This document shows positions 41,411-52,505 of a stretch of DNA of 64,000 nucleotides, piece after piece. The position numbers and the translations under genes were made by a program. Location: contig CM120648.1 in the NCBI GenBank assembly GCA_051362555.1, forward strand, positions 1,093,721-1,157,720, written 5' to 3'. The notes beneath the pieces are model-generated. The model saw nothing but the letters and a program-made list of their open reading frames with translations. It made no database searches and was not told where the DNA came from. How positions within the stretch are numbered: the stretch's first letter is position 1; every line of letters begins with the position of its first letter. This DNA is from Lingula anatina (taxonomy: Eukaryota; Animalia; Brachiopoda).

Positions 41411-44400
41411 ATTGAGAGAGAGGGGGGCAAGGACAGCGAGTTTCAGATCATAAATTGTTGGCTACTGGATATATTTAAGACAAGTAACTGGTAGTAAAAC
41501 ATTTTTGGGGAAATTTTTCAATTTCCTTATTCAGATTCACTGATCGAGTAATTATCATATTTGCAGTCTCTTAATATGTCCAGATCAGTTTCACTTTCAT
41601 AACAATTATAACTAATCCCAGATGAAGTTGTTAAAGATATATTGAACAGAAAAGGATGTAATCAAACATTTCTAATTATTCTACAAATTGTATTATTTTA
41701 TCTAGAATATATATCTCTTACAGAATGAAAATTATATACTTTGAAATTTACATAATTCTGAACTCCCATTACATTATTGTATTGCACAATTTCAGAGCAT
41801 ATACACAACAAAATCTTTGCACTTACCTGGACGAACTAAAAATTTCCAATTGGCTCCAACTTCTACGAGTGTGTTAAAGAAATGACTTTTAGTGCGATTA
41901 TCTGCAAACCAATGAAAAAGATTCTGGAGAGTTAGTGTATTATGTAAAAGTTTGTACCTGAAATGCTCGATCATTTTTAACATTTTCTAGTAAAGATACT
42001 GTACATGTGCACTGATACAGGTATCAGTGCACATGTCCAATATATTATCGCGATTCACTTTGGTGAGATTTTAAAAATGCCACAAAAACATCTAAAAACT
42101 TATGTTCTATCTGATTTCAAGTGTATATTTTTTCTCATGCCCATTGTAGCCTTGTAAGAAATGAAAAATTACTTACCTGAGCACAATTCTCTGAGTTTGA
42201 TCAGAAACAAATCACTGATATCTCCATTAGCTACACCACAAAGCAATTCAACTGAACTAGGTTGTCTGTCATAAGATGACCTCCCACCTTTAAACAGAAT
42301 TATGATCAAATTCTGTTATTTATGAGACCCAACAATAAAATAAAGCAACTGTCTTGTGTGCTTTAATTTACAATTTTATATTTTTCAAACAACAATTGAA
42401 AGACAATTATTACTACACCTATGATTCAATGTTAAAAAACTTATTCTGAAAGTTATTACTTATTTACACCTATAAATCAATCTCTCACAAGACACTCTTA
42501 TGAAGGAGAGTTGACTAGAGGTGTTATAGAAGAAAATGGATAAACAACCAACTATTAACTCCATCTTAGACTCACCCCTCACTCCACTATCTGTAGTATC
42601 ATGGTGTGTTGCAGAAGATGTACCCGAGATTGCAGAAGTTGTGGTCCTGCCTTTAAGGAAAAATGTAATAAAATTATGTTATCTGGGAGTATTCAGATCT
42701 TTTTTTTGCTGTATAAAGGTCTAATGCACATTGTATGTCATTAATATGAGAACTCACCTTCGCTATTGCTGCTAACAGATGCCCAACACTGACAACATCT
42801 ACCACATATAGGATCACAAAATTCCTGTAACCACTGAGGTACTGAAATATCAAATATATAGTATTTATTCGACAGATTTAAACAGTGATAAGTAAACAAA
42901 ATTGTAATAAACCATTTCCTGTTGACCCTAGAATAGGTATCATATGAGTATCAGTTCAAGAATATGACACTGTTCTAGACAATATAATTCCTTTCAACTA
43001 ACTGTTCTTTTTGCAAAAAAACATTTGTGCTCAAGTCAGTTTTCGCTTCAGCCAAAATTCATCCCTTAAAATTTTCAACAATATCATATCAAAAAATGAG
43101 TTTTCCTCGGGCAAAGAACAATCTTCTCTTATCAAGGATCATTGCTCATCATCCCTGCATTTTGATTTGATGTTTTATTCTACTTTTAATTTAATACTTT
43201 AGTTTAAAATGACTGGCAAATCTAAAAGTATGGCATCTTCACCATGCGCATTGCCTAGTTTTCACACAAGAAAATGGCGATTTGTTTTGCGCCCTGTGCT
43301 GTGTGTTATACAGACTTAGCAAGATGGCAGTAGCTACGTATACCCAAAGAGGCTTGGTAGATATTCAGGGCACTTAGCACGCTTTATTTAACTTTAATTT
43401 CCAGAGATTTATTATCTTTAGAATTTGAATTGGGAAAGATTAGATAATATGGCATAAAATAAATATGACTGTTAGGGCTTTGCCCTCAAACACAATCAGG
43501 CATTTAACAATCACCACCACCTACCTCCTCTGACATACAAAATGATTCCACAAACAATACATAAGATCACAACAATGACAATGGGCACTGTGATTCCAAC
43601 CACATGTCCTGAAGACACAGGTGATGGGGTTAATATAGGAGGCACTGCCGTTGTAACACTGAAATCATTGCAAAGTATGACATACTGTTCAAATATACCG
43701 TCAACATTATACAACCACAATACAGGATACAACCTTCAATAATAAGCCAGAAAAAATCTCTTTCCACATGTCTAACATGATACATTTTTTTTCAGAGTAA
43801 ATTCATTAATATAAAAAATGATAACAGTAGAAATGGGCTTTATGTAAATTATGTAAAATTTTCAAATACTTCACTTATTCTAATATCCTACATTTCCAAG
43901 ATTTCATCATAATGATTTTAATCATTCACCAAAATGCAATTTTCATCTCAAATCCTTTTAATTTTTCAAGACTTTCAAATCTAGCAAACAATTATGTATA
44001 TTACTGAAAAACTAATTTTGTACAAAATTACCACTTCAATTATTAAGTTTGAAGGAAATGATAAATTATAACTTGGACAAAGTAGATAATCAGAAGTAAT
44101 ATTTTACATAAAAACTTACCCATCACAAACCGTGCACATGTATTTTTCCAAATAATCTGCAAAACAGAATAATCCATTTATATATAATCCTTTAAGATGA
44201 GATGCATTATATTGGTGTAATCATAAAATGATGTGTTCTACCACAAGAGCACCAGCACTTAACAATGAAACTTTTCTGGAACTTATGAATGATCAACTTA
44301 GGAGAAACTTTTGATAACTGTTCATTACTCCACCACCATTTCCTTCAAAGTTGAATGTTGTTTATTATCACCTTGCCTCTTTTTGCCAGCCAATCAGGTC

Positions 44401-45613
44401 AAACAGCTGCTTATGACTTCACTGGTTATGACTCTCACCTTATATGGTTCACATGCTATAACTTTACATGTTTTTTTTTTAATTGGATATCAGTAAAACA
44501 ATACAATACCTCCAGATTCGTTCTTTATCATGATACATTCCCCAGGGGGGCAACTTCTACAATCACACCTAACTGTATCTGTATTCTTAGGATCATTACA
44601 AGCCTTAGGATTGCGTGGACCTGTTCCCATACTCTCATTGCACCAGCAACGGTTATTCTGAAATACAGTGTGACAAAGTTGGATTACCTCTTACTCATGG
44701 TTTAAGATCATGTAAGACAATCTGTGATCTTAAATTGCACTTAAAGATCAAATCAAGCCCACTAGTGTTTTGTGCTACAATTTTTTTTCAAAATATCTAG
44801 CACAGAAATGGTGTTTCTGGCATACAATAGACCCTCCTTCAGTCATTTTTGTCTATATAGTAATATGCTGAGAGAGAGAGAGAGAATGAGGTAGAAACAA
44901 ACCTCTGTTGCACTGCCTTCTTCGATTATATACTGTGCTTCACTATCATCACATTTTGTTCTCAACACACATCTTGAAAAAACATCCGTGATGGGAATTA
45001 TATTTGGCTGGAAGGTGCCAGGTGAACATGGGGTACAAATACCATTGTTCACATACGAACCTTTAATTAAGAAGGAAACACATTTAAGGAGTATTCCATG
45101 GTATTTGTTTGCATTACAAATGGACTTTTGACTGTTTAAAATGTATTTAACAATAATTATAATACTTATATACATATTGTTCAAATTTATTAGGAATATT
45201 AATTAGTGCATCCCTAAAATAAAACAGCTTAGATTGGTCTGGCTACGTATGGTAATGGCTTGATCATTTCAACTGGGAAAAATTATCAGTAATTTTGGAA
45301 TCATTACAAAAACATAATTATGTAGCATTTAGGTAGTCTGCTTTGCAATTGTGTTGCTACCACTCAATAGGAATGTTTTTATTTTAAGAATTTATGGCTT
45401 AAAAAATATAGTATCTGTAAAATTGATCGAGTCTATATCGTATTATTAACAAAAATTTTGCTGGGGAGAAATATAATTACAGTACCAGTACTTGATTTTG
45501 TTCGAATTATAGGATCAACAATCACCATACTTACCTGGTGAACACGTCTTTGTCTGTGCTGATGCCAGATGGAAAGTCACCACACAGACACATACCACTG
45601 CTAAGATTTTCAT
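38356..45613 (-). CDS. TNF-receptor-superfamily-like type I membrane protein with death domain and C-terminal OTU deubiquitinase domain (733 aa, 15 coding exons)
   Basis: Exons 45535-45613 (signal peptide MKILAVVCVCVVTFHLASA), 44903-45060, 44510-44657, 44120-44156 (Cys-rich: CTPCSPGTFQ..C..RTKC..GSATENNRCWC), 43525-43658 (TM), 42758-42841, 42576-42650, 42177-42287, 41827-41901 and 41103-41298 (death domain), 40497-40549, 40051-40179, 39466-39570, 39229-39333, 38356-39068 (OTU). All introns are GT-AG with compatible phases; the sum is 2202 nt with no internal stop. Confidence 0.75.
39148..39607. repeat. Tandem duplication (about 237-bp unit x2) containing a 105-nt phase-1/phase-1 exon
   Basis: Two near-identical copies including intron flanks; the exons encode GVMIEYENSPRPGYKSSHPSINKVKIGEEGKGDGI and GDMIEYENLPHPGYKSSHPSINEVKIGEEGKGDGI. 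Confidence 0.95.
41103..41901 (-). CDS. Death domain (two exons) of the TNFR-like gene
   Basis: Spliced translation EVGANWKFLVRPDLKEIDIQALEHDHRGLKEIVYQAIGQWYEKVSGESVQFVLDRLEMENVGKGDLADKI fits the death-domain pattern G..WK.L....L....I..I......L.E..YQ.L..W. Confidence 0.8.
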
Positions 45614-46045
45614 TTCCTATGCTTTAACCCATCTACAAGAGAAAAAGAAAGGAACAGACTGAACACTACCTTACAATTCACACATCAACTTGAATATCAT
45701 TTTGAACTCAAGCAACTATGGTGTTTAGGTATCTACCTGCATAGTTTTGTCTGTTTGGTCAGGTAGTGGAAAATATATCCTCTTGTATACTAGCATAACT
45801 GTTCTTTGCAAATCTTCAGAATCCATACTTCTTCAAGAGAGAAAGACGAGATTATAAACTTAACAGAATCTAGGCCTCATCAGCTAATTAAAAATAATTC
45901 ATGGCTGCTTTTAACCTCAACAGAGTTCTGCACTCCAGTAATTTCTTACCATTTCCAGTTATTTTATTTATTTAAGTGAGACCCATCTGTGGTCTAAAGT
46001 TCTAGCACTTTGCCTACTTCAAATGAGCATTACTCCACTTGGGCA

Positions 46046-46221
46046 GGGGCCGTAGCGATAGTCCGAAGGTTCAATAGTCCGAAGGTTCATTGGTCCGAAT
46101 GTTCACTATAGAACCTTCGGACCAATGAACCCTTGTTTAAAAATCGATAAAATGTTACCACTTTTCGGACCAATGAACCTTCAGACCAATGAACCTTCGG
46201 ACTATCGAGACGCCCCCCCCC
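46046..46221. mobile_element. Foldback-type MITE with internal ~15-16-bp subrepeats and 8-bp TSD CTTGGGCA
   Basis: GTCCGAAGGTTCA units on the left arm and TGAACCTTCGGAC units on the right arm; CTTGGGCA at 46038-46045 and 46222-46229. Confidence 0.85.
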
Positions 46222-47183
46222 CTTGGGCAAATGCCATAATCAAACCTTATACTGCCTACTCATGTCCAGCTTCATTACTTATTATGTAACAAATTTCAAG
46301 TTATATGGCATTATTTATGAATGAAAATCAAGTGGGGCAACTTTTTACTCATTTCTGAAAGTAGCATCTGAAAACTGGCAGACATGGCCTCACTAAAACT
46401 TGAATAGTTTTTGACCTAAATCAGATAGATCAAAATTTTTAACAGTTTATTCAAACTCATACATGTAGCTATCTGTGTCTTTAATTTCAAGTCTCTATCT
46501 TGATCAAAAAGAAAAATGTTTTGACTTATTTTACTCTTTACTTCGGACTTGAACACTTCACGTAATCACAGTTTTAAAGTTCTGTAAATTAAATTTTAGT
46601 GTCACTACGACTATCACAAGAAACATTTCACAACTATTTACCATGACTTATCTTCTTAACCTGACTTAACCAAACTTTTAATCTCAGAGCCTCGTCTTGA
46701 TTGCATTTGCCAGTGAAAAATTGGTATTACCTTTGCGACTTTGACACTCTCATACTCTTCCTTTCCTCGCCATTTTCGTTGTCGATATGTACCTGTAGAG
46801 GGCGTACAAGAAAAGACAAACTCATGGCTAAACCTCAATATTCTGTTTTTACGTCTTCAGTGAAAATTTACTTAAATTCAAAATGGCTTACCATCAATAG
46901 AAAGTCTTTATGAGATACGAATGTTCAAGAAAATATAGGAAATCATAAGTGACCCTGGCAGTAAAAGAAATGCCATAGAAGTGCGACTGCTGTCTCTAAA
47001 AGCCACACTCACGGCAAAAATAATAGTTATTTCTCAATGCACTGTCGATGAGCACAACCAATTTCTTAATTTTGTTATTATTATCATTAAATCTTATCGA
47101 CAGATCACATTAGATTTCATTTTATACTTGTAAATATGACAAAAGTATAATTATATTTGACGTATTTTCCCGGAGTGGGCTAA

Positions 47184-47225
<42 letters not shown>

Positions 47226-47303
47226 CCTAAAGCAAAATTTGCTCCTCCTTTAATTTTCTGTCTCTTATTTTAGCCGTGTCTGTAGTAACTCCCATAAATC
47301 CAA

Positions 47304-47468
47304 GTAGTGAAGTCAAAATCAAGGAAGAACCAGTCCCAAATTACTGGTCTAATACAGTCTCACTTCAAACTAGGATCCAAAATAAAGCTTCAAACTAGCG
47401 ACCTCCGCGAAGGTATTGTGTTAACGCACGGACCACGTGACCCATCACTATTATCGATATTGAAAAAG
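47304..47468. repeat. Diverged copy of the TNF ligand 1 upstream block, located upstream of the receptor gene
   Basis: Collinear shared words with 52298-52445: AAGTCA..ATCAAGGAAG, TAAAGCTTCAAA, CGACCTCC.CGAAG, TTGTGTTAA, ACCACGTGACCCATCAC.ATT.TCGAT. Confidence 0.8.
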
Positions 47469-49096
47469 GAAGCCAAAATGCCTTTAGGCTTAGAAGGTTG
47501 TTTACAAATTTTACCAACCAAATGTGCCATGACACTGTTCTGTAACAAACTGGGCAATCAAAAAGTCTGTGAGCTTTTAAATTACGCCATCCCCTCGGGC
47601 AATGGCCTCTGTTGTAGGCCCTAATTGCTTTATTTATGCCAATGTCACTAATACCTGATAATAAGAAACTGCTACTTAGACCCTGAAGGAAAAAGGAAAT
47701 ACTTCAAATACAATTTACAAATAGAGTAAAAAGATTGCGCGATTCACATCTGTGGCAAGATGGATGACAGGCAGCAGGTTAATTTCCTCGGAAGATTATT
47801 TTTAGCGCCATTAATTCAGGATCAATTTCAAATTGATCAAGAAGTGTTATTTGTCCTTACTAAAGTTCAACAGAAAGTGGTTTCTGTACTTTTACATGGC
47901 AACATGATTTGAAAACCTTACGCTTTGTCCATTTAACAGGATTTTTTTTTACGAATGTCATTTTTTCTTTCAGAAATGTTTGAATCCGTGTCAAAGTATT
48001 AATTGACACTAAACCTACCAAGTAGTTAATGTTAAAGAAATACTACTAGCTTTCATTTTGTTATTTCTTTGGGTTCATTTTTCTCTTAGGATTTTTTTTT
48101 TTTTAGCTGGAGGGCCAAAAAATAAATGAAAAATTAGGTCAAGGTTACACCAGATATTAAAAAATTCAGTTTGTTGGCCTTTTTTCCCCTGAAGGTGAAT
48201 ATCATTATTATTATTATTATACTGCATGTGGATTTTATAGGAGTTATGTATATGAAGTTAAGGTGTATTAGCTAGGTCACAAATTTTTCATTCTGAACGG
48301 TCCCATAGCTTCACTTCTATTGAAATCATTACCAGAACTAAGTAGAGGTTTTCAAGCGAAGAGTAAAATGTTGGAAAGTCCTTTAACATAACAGTATAAA
48401 AAGAGAAGAAAGTAACATGGTGCGTCACAATATGGAAAGTATGAAGGAAGTTGGAATGAGAGGTAAGATTTGCCTTTTATTTTGAAAAAAAAAAAGAGGA
48501 CAGACCTGGATGTAAAAGATGGGCAGCATAGACTCATCGCAGACATCTGACGGATAATGTTGATATTTATATTTAAAGCAAAGGTGGGTGTCAGAAGGTC
48601 CGTCTCTGAAATATCTCCTAAAGAACAAAAATGTGACGGCAAACGGTCAGCTGCTCTACTACCGGTTTTGGCAGTGGTTGTAGCATATGAACAAAAATGC
48701 AAAATTACAAAAATATATTATATTTGTCAAAAAATCAAAAAAAATTATATATATATATATATGTTATTTTCTCTCTCTCACACTCTTATATACACAGAAA
48801 AACGTTATCATTATACACCATACAAACATGTTATCTATGTACATTTTGAAGAAATGTATAAACTCTAACATTCGATTCCTGTAATAGACAGGAGCACAAG
48901 CTTCCAACATCGTTAAAACACTCGCAATAATGGTCAATGGTCAAAAAGATATAGTCACTTCGATTTCGGTTTCATACAAAGGTATTGCACCATTACATAA
49001 ATATGTACAATTTACAAGCTATAAACCACTGAAGTCCACAATAATGGCACAATGTAAAAAATGATCAACATTAAAAAAAAAAAAAAAAAAAAACAA

Positions 49097-50430
49097 TTAA
49101 ATCATGTACAAACCAAAGTAACTGATCCTGGGTGATTGTTCCACAAGAGTCAAATTCGACACCTCAACAAATACTTCGTCATGCTGTCGCAAATGGCGCA
49201 CCGCTCCCAAGTAGCTCGTGTGCTCCCAGAAATGCATATCATCTCTGTTTGTGCATTTAGAATGCAAGTTCATCAACAAAGTCTCGCGGGAATTTCCAAG
49301 TACGCTATTAACTCTATTAATGTAATGAGACAATTCTTGGGTATAGTCGTAATTTTTGCGGGGATTCGTGCCGTTTTTGTCTTCGTGTGAGAAATAAACC
49401 TGACTGTACACGTAATAAAACCCCGTGTGTGGGACGGTCAGGTGACCACCTTTGTACGTCACGCCGTTTCTTGTGAACGCACCACGGCCTTCTTCCAGCC
49501 AACTGCGCACTGCTTGCTTAATGCCACCTATAATTTATGATAGAGAAGAGTTTAATATAGTGCATCTGTATGTGTGATATGGCATCAGTTTTAACTTAAA
49601 TATAGGGGATAACTCAGCCAGTGACGAGATCGGTGGAACCCCCAGTTACAAAACCTACATCACCGACAAAAGCCATGTACTGCTCATATTTTCTATATGA
49701 CCCTGATCTTAACAAGGGAAAGTGAAAAATAAATATTAATGTTCACCAACATCGTCATGTACCATACAATAAAAAACTATAAACACAGGGTTCTTGTGTG
49801 TCTGAGAACCCACTTCTTTTGAATTGAAAAAAAATTGAGAATATTTTTCAAAGAAAAAAATGAGATAAATTTTACAGCCGCCACATGCCTGGGTTAGGTG
49901 TTCTGGGAGCGTGTGGGTTCTGCACACAGTGAGCCGCCGGTTTCTGATCAGGGATGTTAGTGCGGTTCTTCAACAGATGCTCTGGTCTGCAGAATTCACC
50001 TGGAAAAGAAATGCACATGGATATTTTTTAAAATTATTTTATTAATATTTGCATCGAAATAAAACAAGTTTGCGCTCGGTTTGCATTATACGACACAATC
50101 CTGCTAAATACAGTTCAATACAACTATTTTACGCAGAGAAAATTATCAGATTCCCAGCTTTCTACAGGAGTGAGATGAAATGGTATTTATTGTTAAAGGA
50201 AAATGTCGGAAACTCTTTTCTTTGGGAATTTTAAGTTCTCATTTCTTTTTTATTGTGATACTTTTTTGATTTACCTTTTTTCTTCATTAATTTTTTTCAT
50301 TCACATTTCTGATTTTATCTATTTATCTAATTCTATCTATTTTATCTATTTCTCTAATTCCATTTATTTTTCCCAGTTTATATATATGTTATTGTTATAA
50401 TCTTTGTTATTTGATTTATTTATTGTACAT

Positions 50431-50500
<70 letters not shown>

Positions 50501-52226
50501 GAATGAAATTTGACCACAAATTAATGGAGAAGAAAGCTGGACTGAAAGTGGTGAACTGCCGTGTGAACTCACATCTGGGCACTGCATAGTGGCATGGTAT
50601 GATTTAGCTGTCAGTCCCTTCTCAATTACATTTTATTACCACCTCCCCGCAGATAAATTATGTGCACTTTTCTCCAACACGAGTAGAGAATACAGCCATT
50701 AATTAGCCAGAGATATATCTGTGAATATGAAGTGAAAAATCATCCTGTGACTGTGATGGGAACAGTAAATTATAGTGTCAATTACTTTACCAACTTTTAT
50801 TGTTGTGAAAACTTGACGGAAATCCTGAGGTAACGCGCACATTTGCTTTTTAATGAAATTTTGGAAATATAATGGCATACTAAAAAATTATTGGCATAAA
50901 CATGTAGATAGAATAGCCTTCTTTTGCCTCCGATTTTTAACAGAAATAGGTGTTTAGTTTACTGATATTCTAAGGGGCCTATAAATATTGGTTTCATAAA
51001 AAACACATTTGGTCAAACTATCCTTAGTTCATTTTAATGTAGTTTAATACAGCTGTGTATTATAAGACTATGAGCCCTTTTAAAAATCATTACTAGTACA
51101 TTGATCATTTATTTGTTAATAATAATACTATTTTTACCTTCTGATTTTTTCTCCTCAATATTTCTGCCAACAACCTGAAAAACACCAATCTGTGTCATAT
51201 TTTGAAAAGACAAGGACGAAGAATGAATAACAGAAAAGCGGAAGTGGAAAAAATTCTTCGAAATGACACAGCAAGACAAATTTTTCCAATCCGCTTTGTT
51301 AATGTATATAACGTTAGTCCTATTTTCTTCAGATTATATCTGGCCAATTCTGGTAAGAAAGTCACAAGACATGCCATTTGAACAAAATAAGTCGGTTTTT
51401 CCCAATAATAAGCTGTAACTTTTTCCCATTTAAATCACCTTTAAAGTGATTCATTGTCAACATCAGCCAACCGTAGCTAGGGTTGTGTCACTTCCTGAAA
51501 CTTACCTTTCATCTCACGATGGCCACCCGGTGAAGTCCCTATGCTATTATTCTCCTTCCGTACAAATCAACAGAAAAATCGAAAGGGCACTCTCCATGCC
51601 TAATGTTTCATATTTTGGGAAAATTTTGGCATATTTTATATCTGTGACATTTTGTATCAAAACTGCTGACACCTTTCACACCTAGGCCTACTTGTCTTTC
51701 TTTAAGTGATCCATATGGTTTAATGTAAGTCCATAGAGACAGAAGAAAAGAGAGTAAATGAAAGAGAGTAAATAAAAAAATTAACCTAAAATGTCTCCCA
51801 AAACATACGTACCGATTTCAATGCCTGTGTCAATTCACCAGTAGAGCTTCCACAACAATACTCAACCCCATCTTTCTCCTTTCTTTGAAAATACCCCAAC
51901 GCCGAGCTGTCCTCTTTGAACGTGGAGACAATGGCGTCGCATGGTACACAGCTTTTCTGCCAATGCAACTCCTCTCGTGTATCACGTAAACAGCGGAGCT
52001 GAAAAACCAGATAAATCACCAAAGCACACAAAACTAGAAGAAAAACAACCAACAGACTAATCAAGACGACGACGTATCTAGAGCATCGGCCCGAGGACGC
52101 ACTGGTCGACCTAGCAAATTTAACGTTGTCATGAGAGAGAAGGCCCTTCTGACTCGATTGAGAGCTTTGGTCGTCGCAAGGGTCGAATTTGTCTTGCTTC
52201 TCGCAGTCGTTGAAGGTTGTAGCCAT
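49097..52226 (-). CDS. TNF superfamily ligand 1 (TRAIL/FasL-like type II membrane protein, 330 aa, 4 exons)
   Basis: Exons 51813-52226 (cytoplasmic tail, TM YVVVLISLLVVFLLVLCALVIYLVF, CVPC stalk), 51138-51174, 49889-49999 (KPAAHC, strand A) and 49097-49527 (THD: W..GRGAF..NGV..GHLTVPHTGFYYVYSQVYF..TSYLGAV..L..DEVFV..SYFGLYMI). Phases 0, 1, 1. Confidence 0.9.
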
Positions 52227-52297
52227 GGTAGACAAAGTCAGAAGTTTCTTAGTTCACTAGCATCTGAAGTAAGTCCCGTGACACCTATGATCACCTA

Positions 52298-52505
52298 GTG
52301 GTAAAGTCACAGATCAAGGAAGTAAAGCTTCAAATTAACAGGCAGCAGACTCACACAAAATAACGACCTCCTCGAAGCTTGTGTTAATATTAACATTATG
52401 ACTCACGCACCACGTGACCCATCACCATTGTCGATTATGAAAAGGTAACGATTACCTGCGCTTGGGAAATGTAGCTGCTTTGTGATACAGCAGAAAAATT
52501 TCCCT
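52298..52505 (-). promoter_or_regulatory. Putative promoter of TNF ligand 1 (AP-1, E-box and kB-like motifs)
   Basis: TGACTCA at 52399-52405 next to CACGTGAC, plus a GGGAAATTTTTC-like motif (minus strand) near 52493-52504, all within 300 bp upstream of the ATG. Confidence 0.45.

Noticed and set aside
41902-41957. Upstream acceptor at 41957 for the first death-domain exon
   Set aside because: Gives an in-frame TAA in phase 1; the acceptor at 41901 keeps the frame open.
1854-45613. Functional link between the TRIM E3 ligase and the receptor DUB
   Set aside because: Proximity only; they are separated by an unrelated TPR gene and nothing in the sequence suggests coupling.
48300-49096. TNF-like AU-rich element cluster in the ligand 1 3'UTR
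   Set aside because: Only scattered ATTTA pentamers, as expected in AT-rich DNA.
49288-49297. Perfect kB motif GGGAATTTCC
   Set aside because: Lies inside the THD coding exon; probably coincidental.
51506-51560. Candidate exon 2 of TNF ligand 1 with an AAG|GTAAGT donor
   Set aside because: Lacks a good acceptor; 51138-51174 has clean sites and matches the paralog's exon 2 position.
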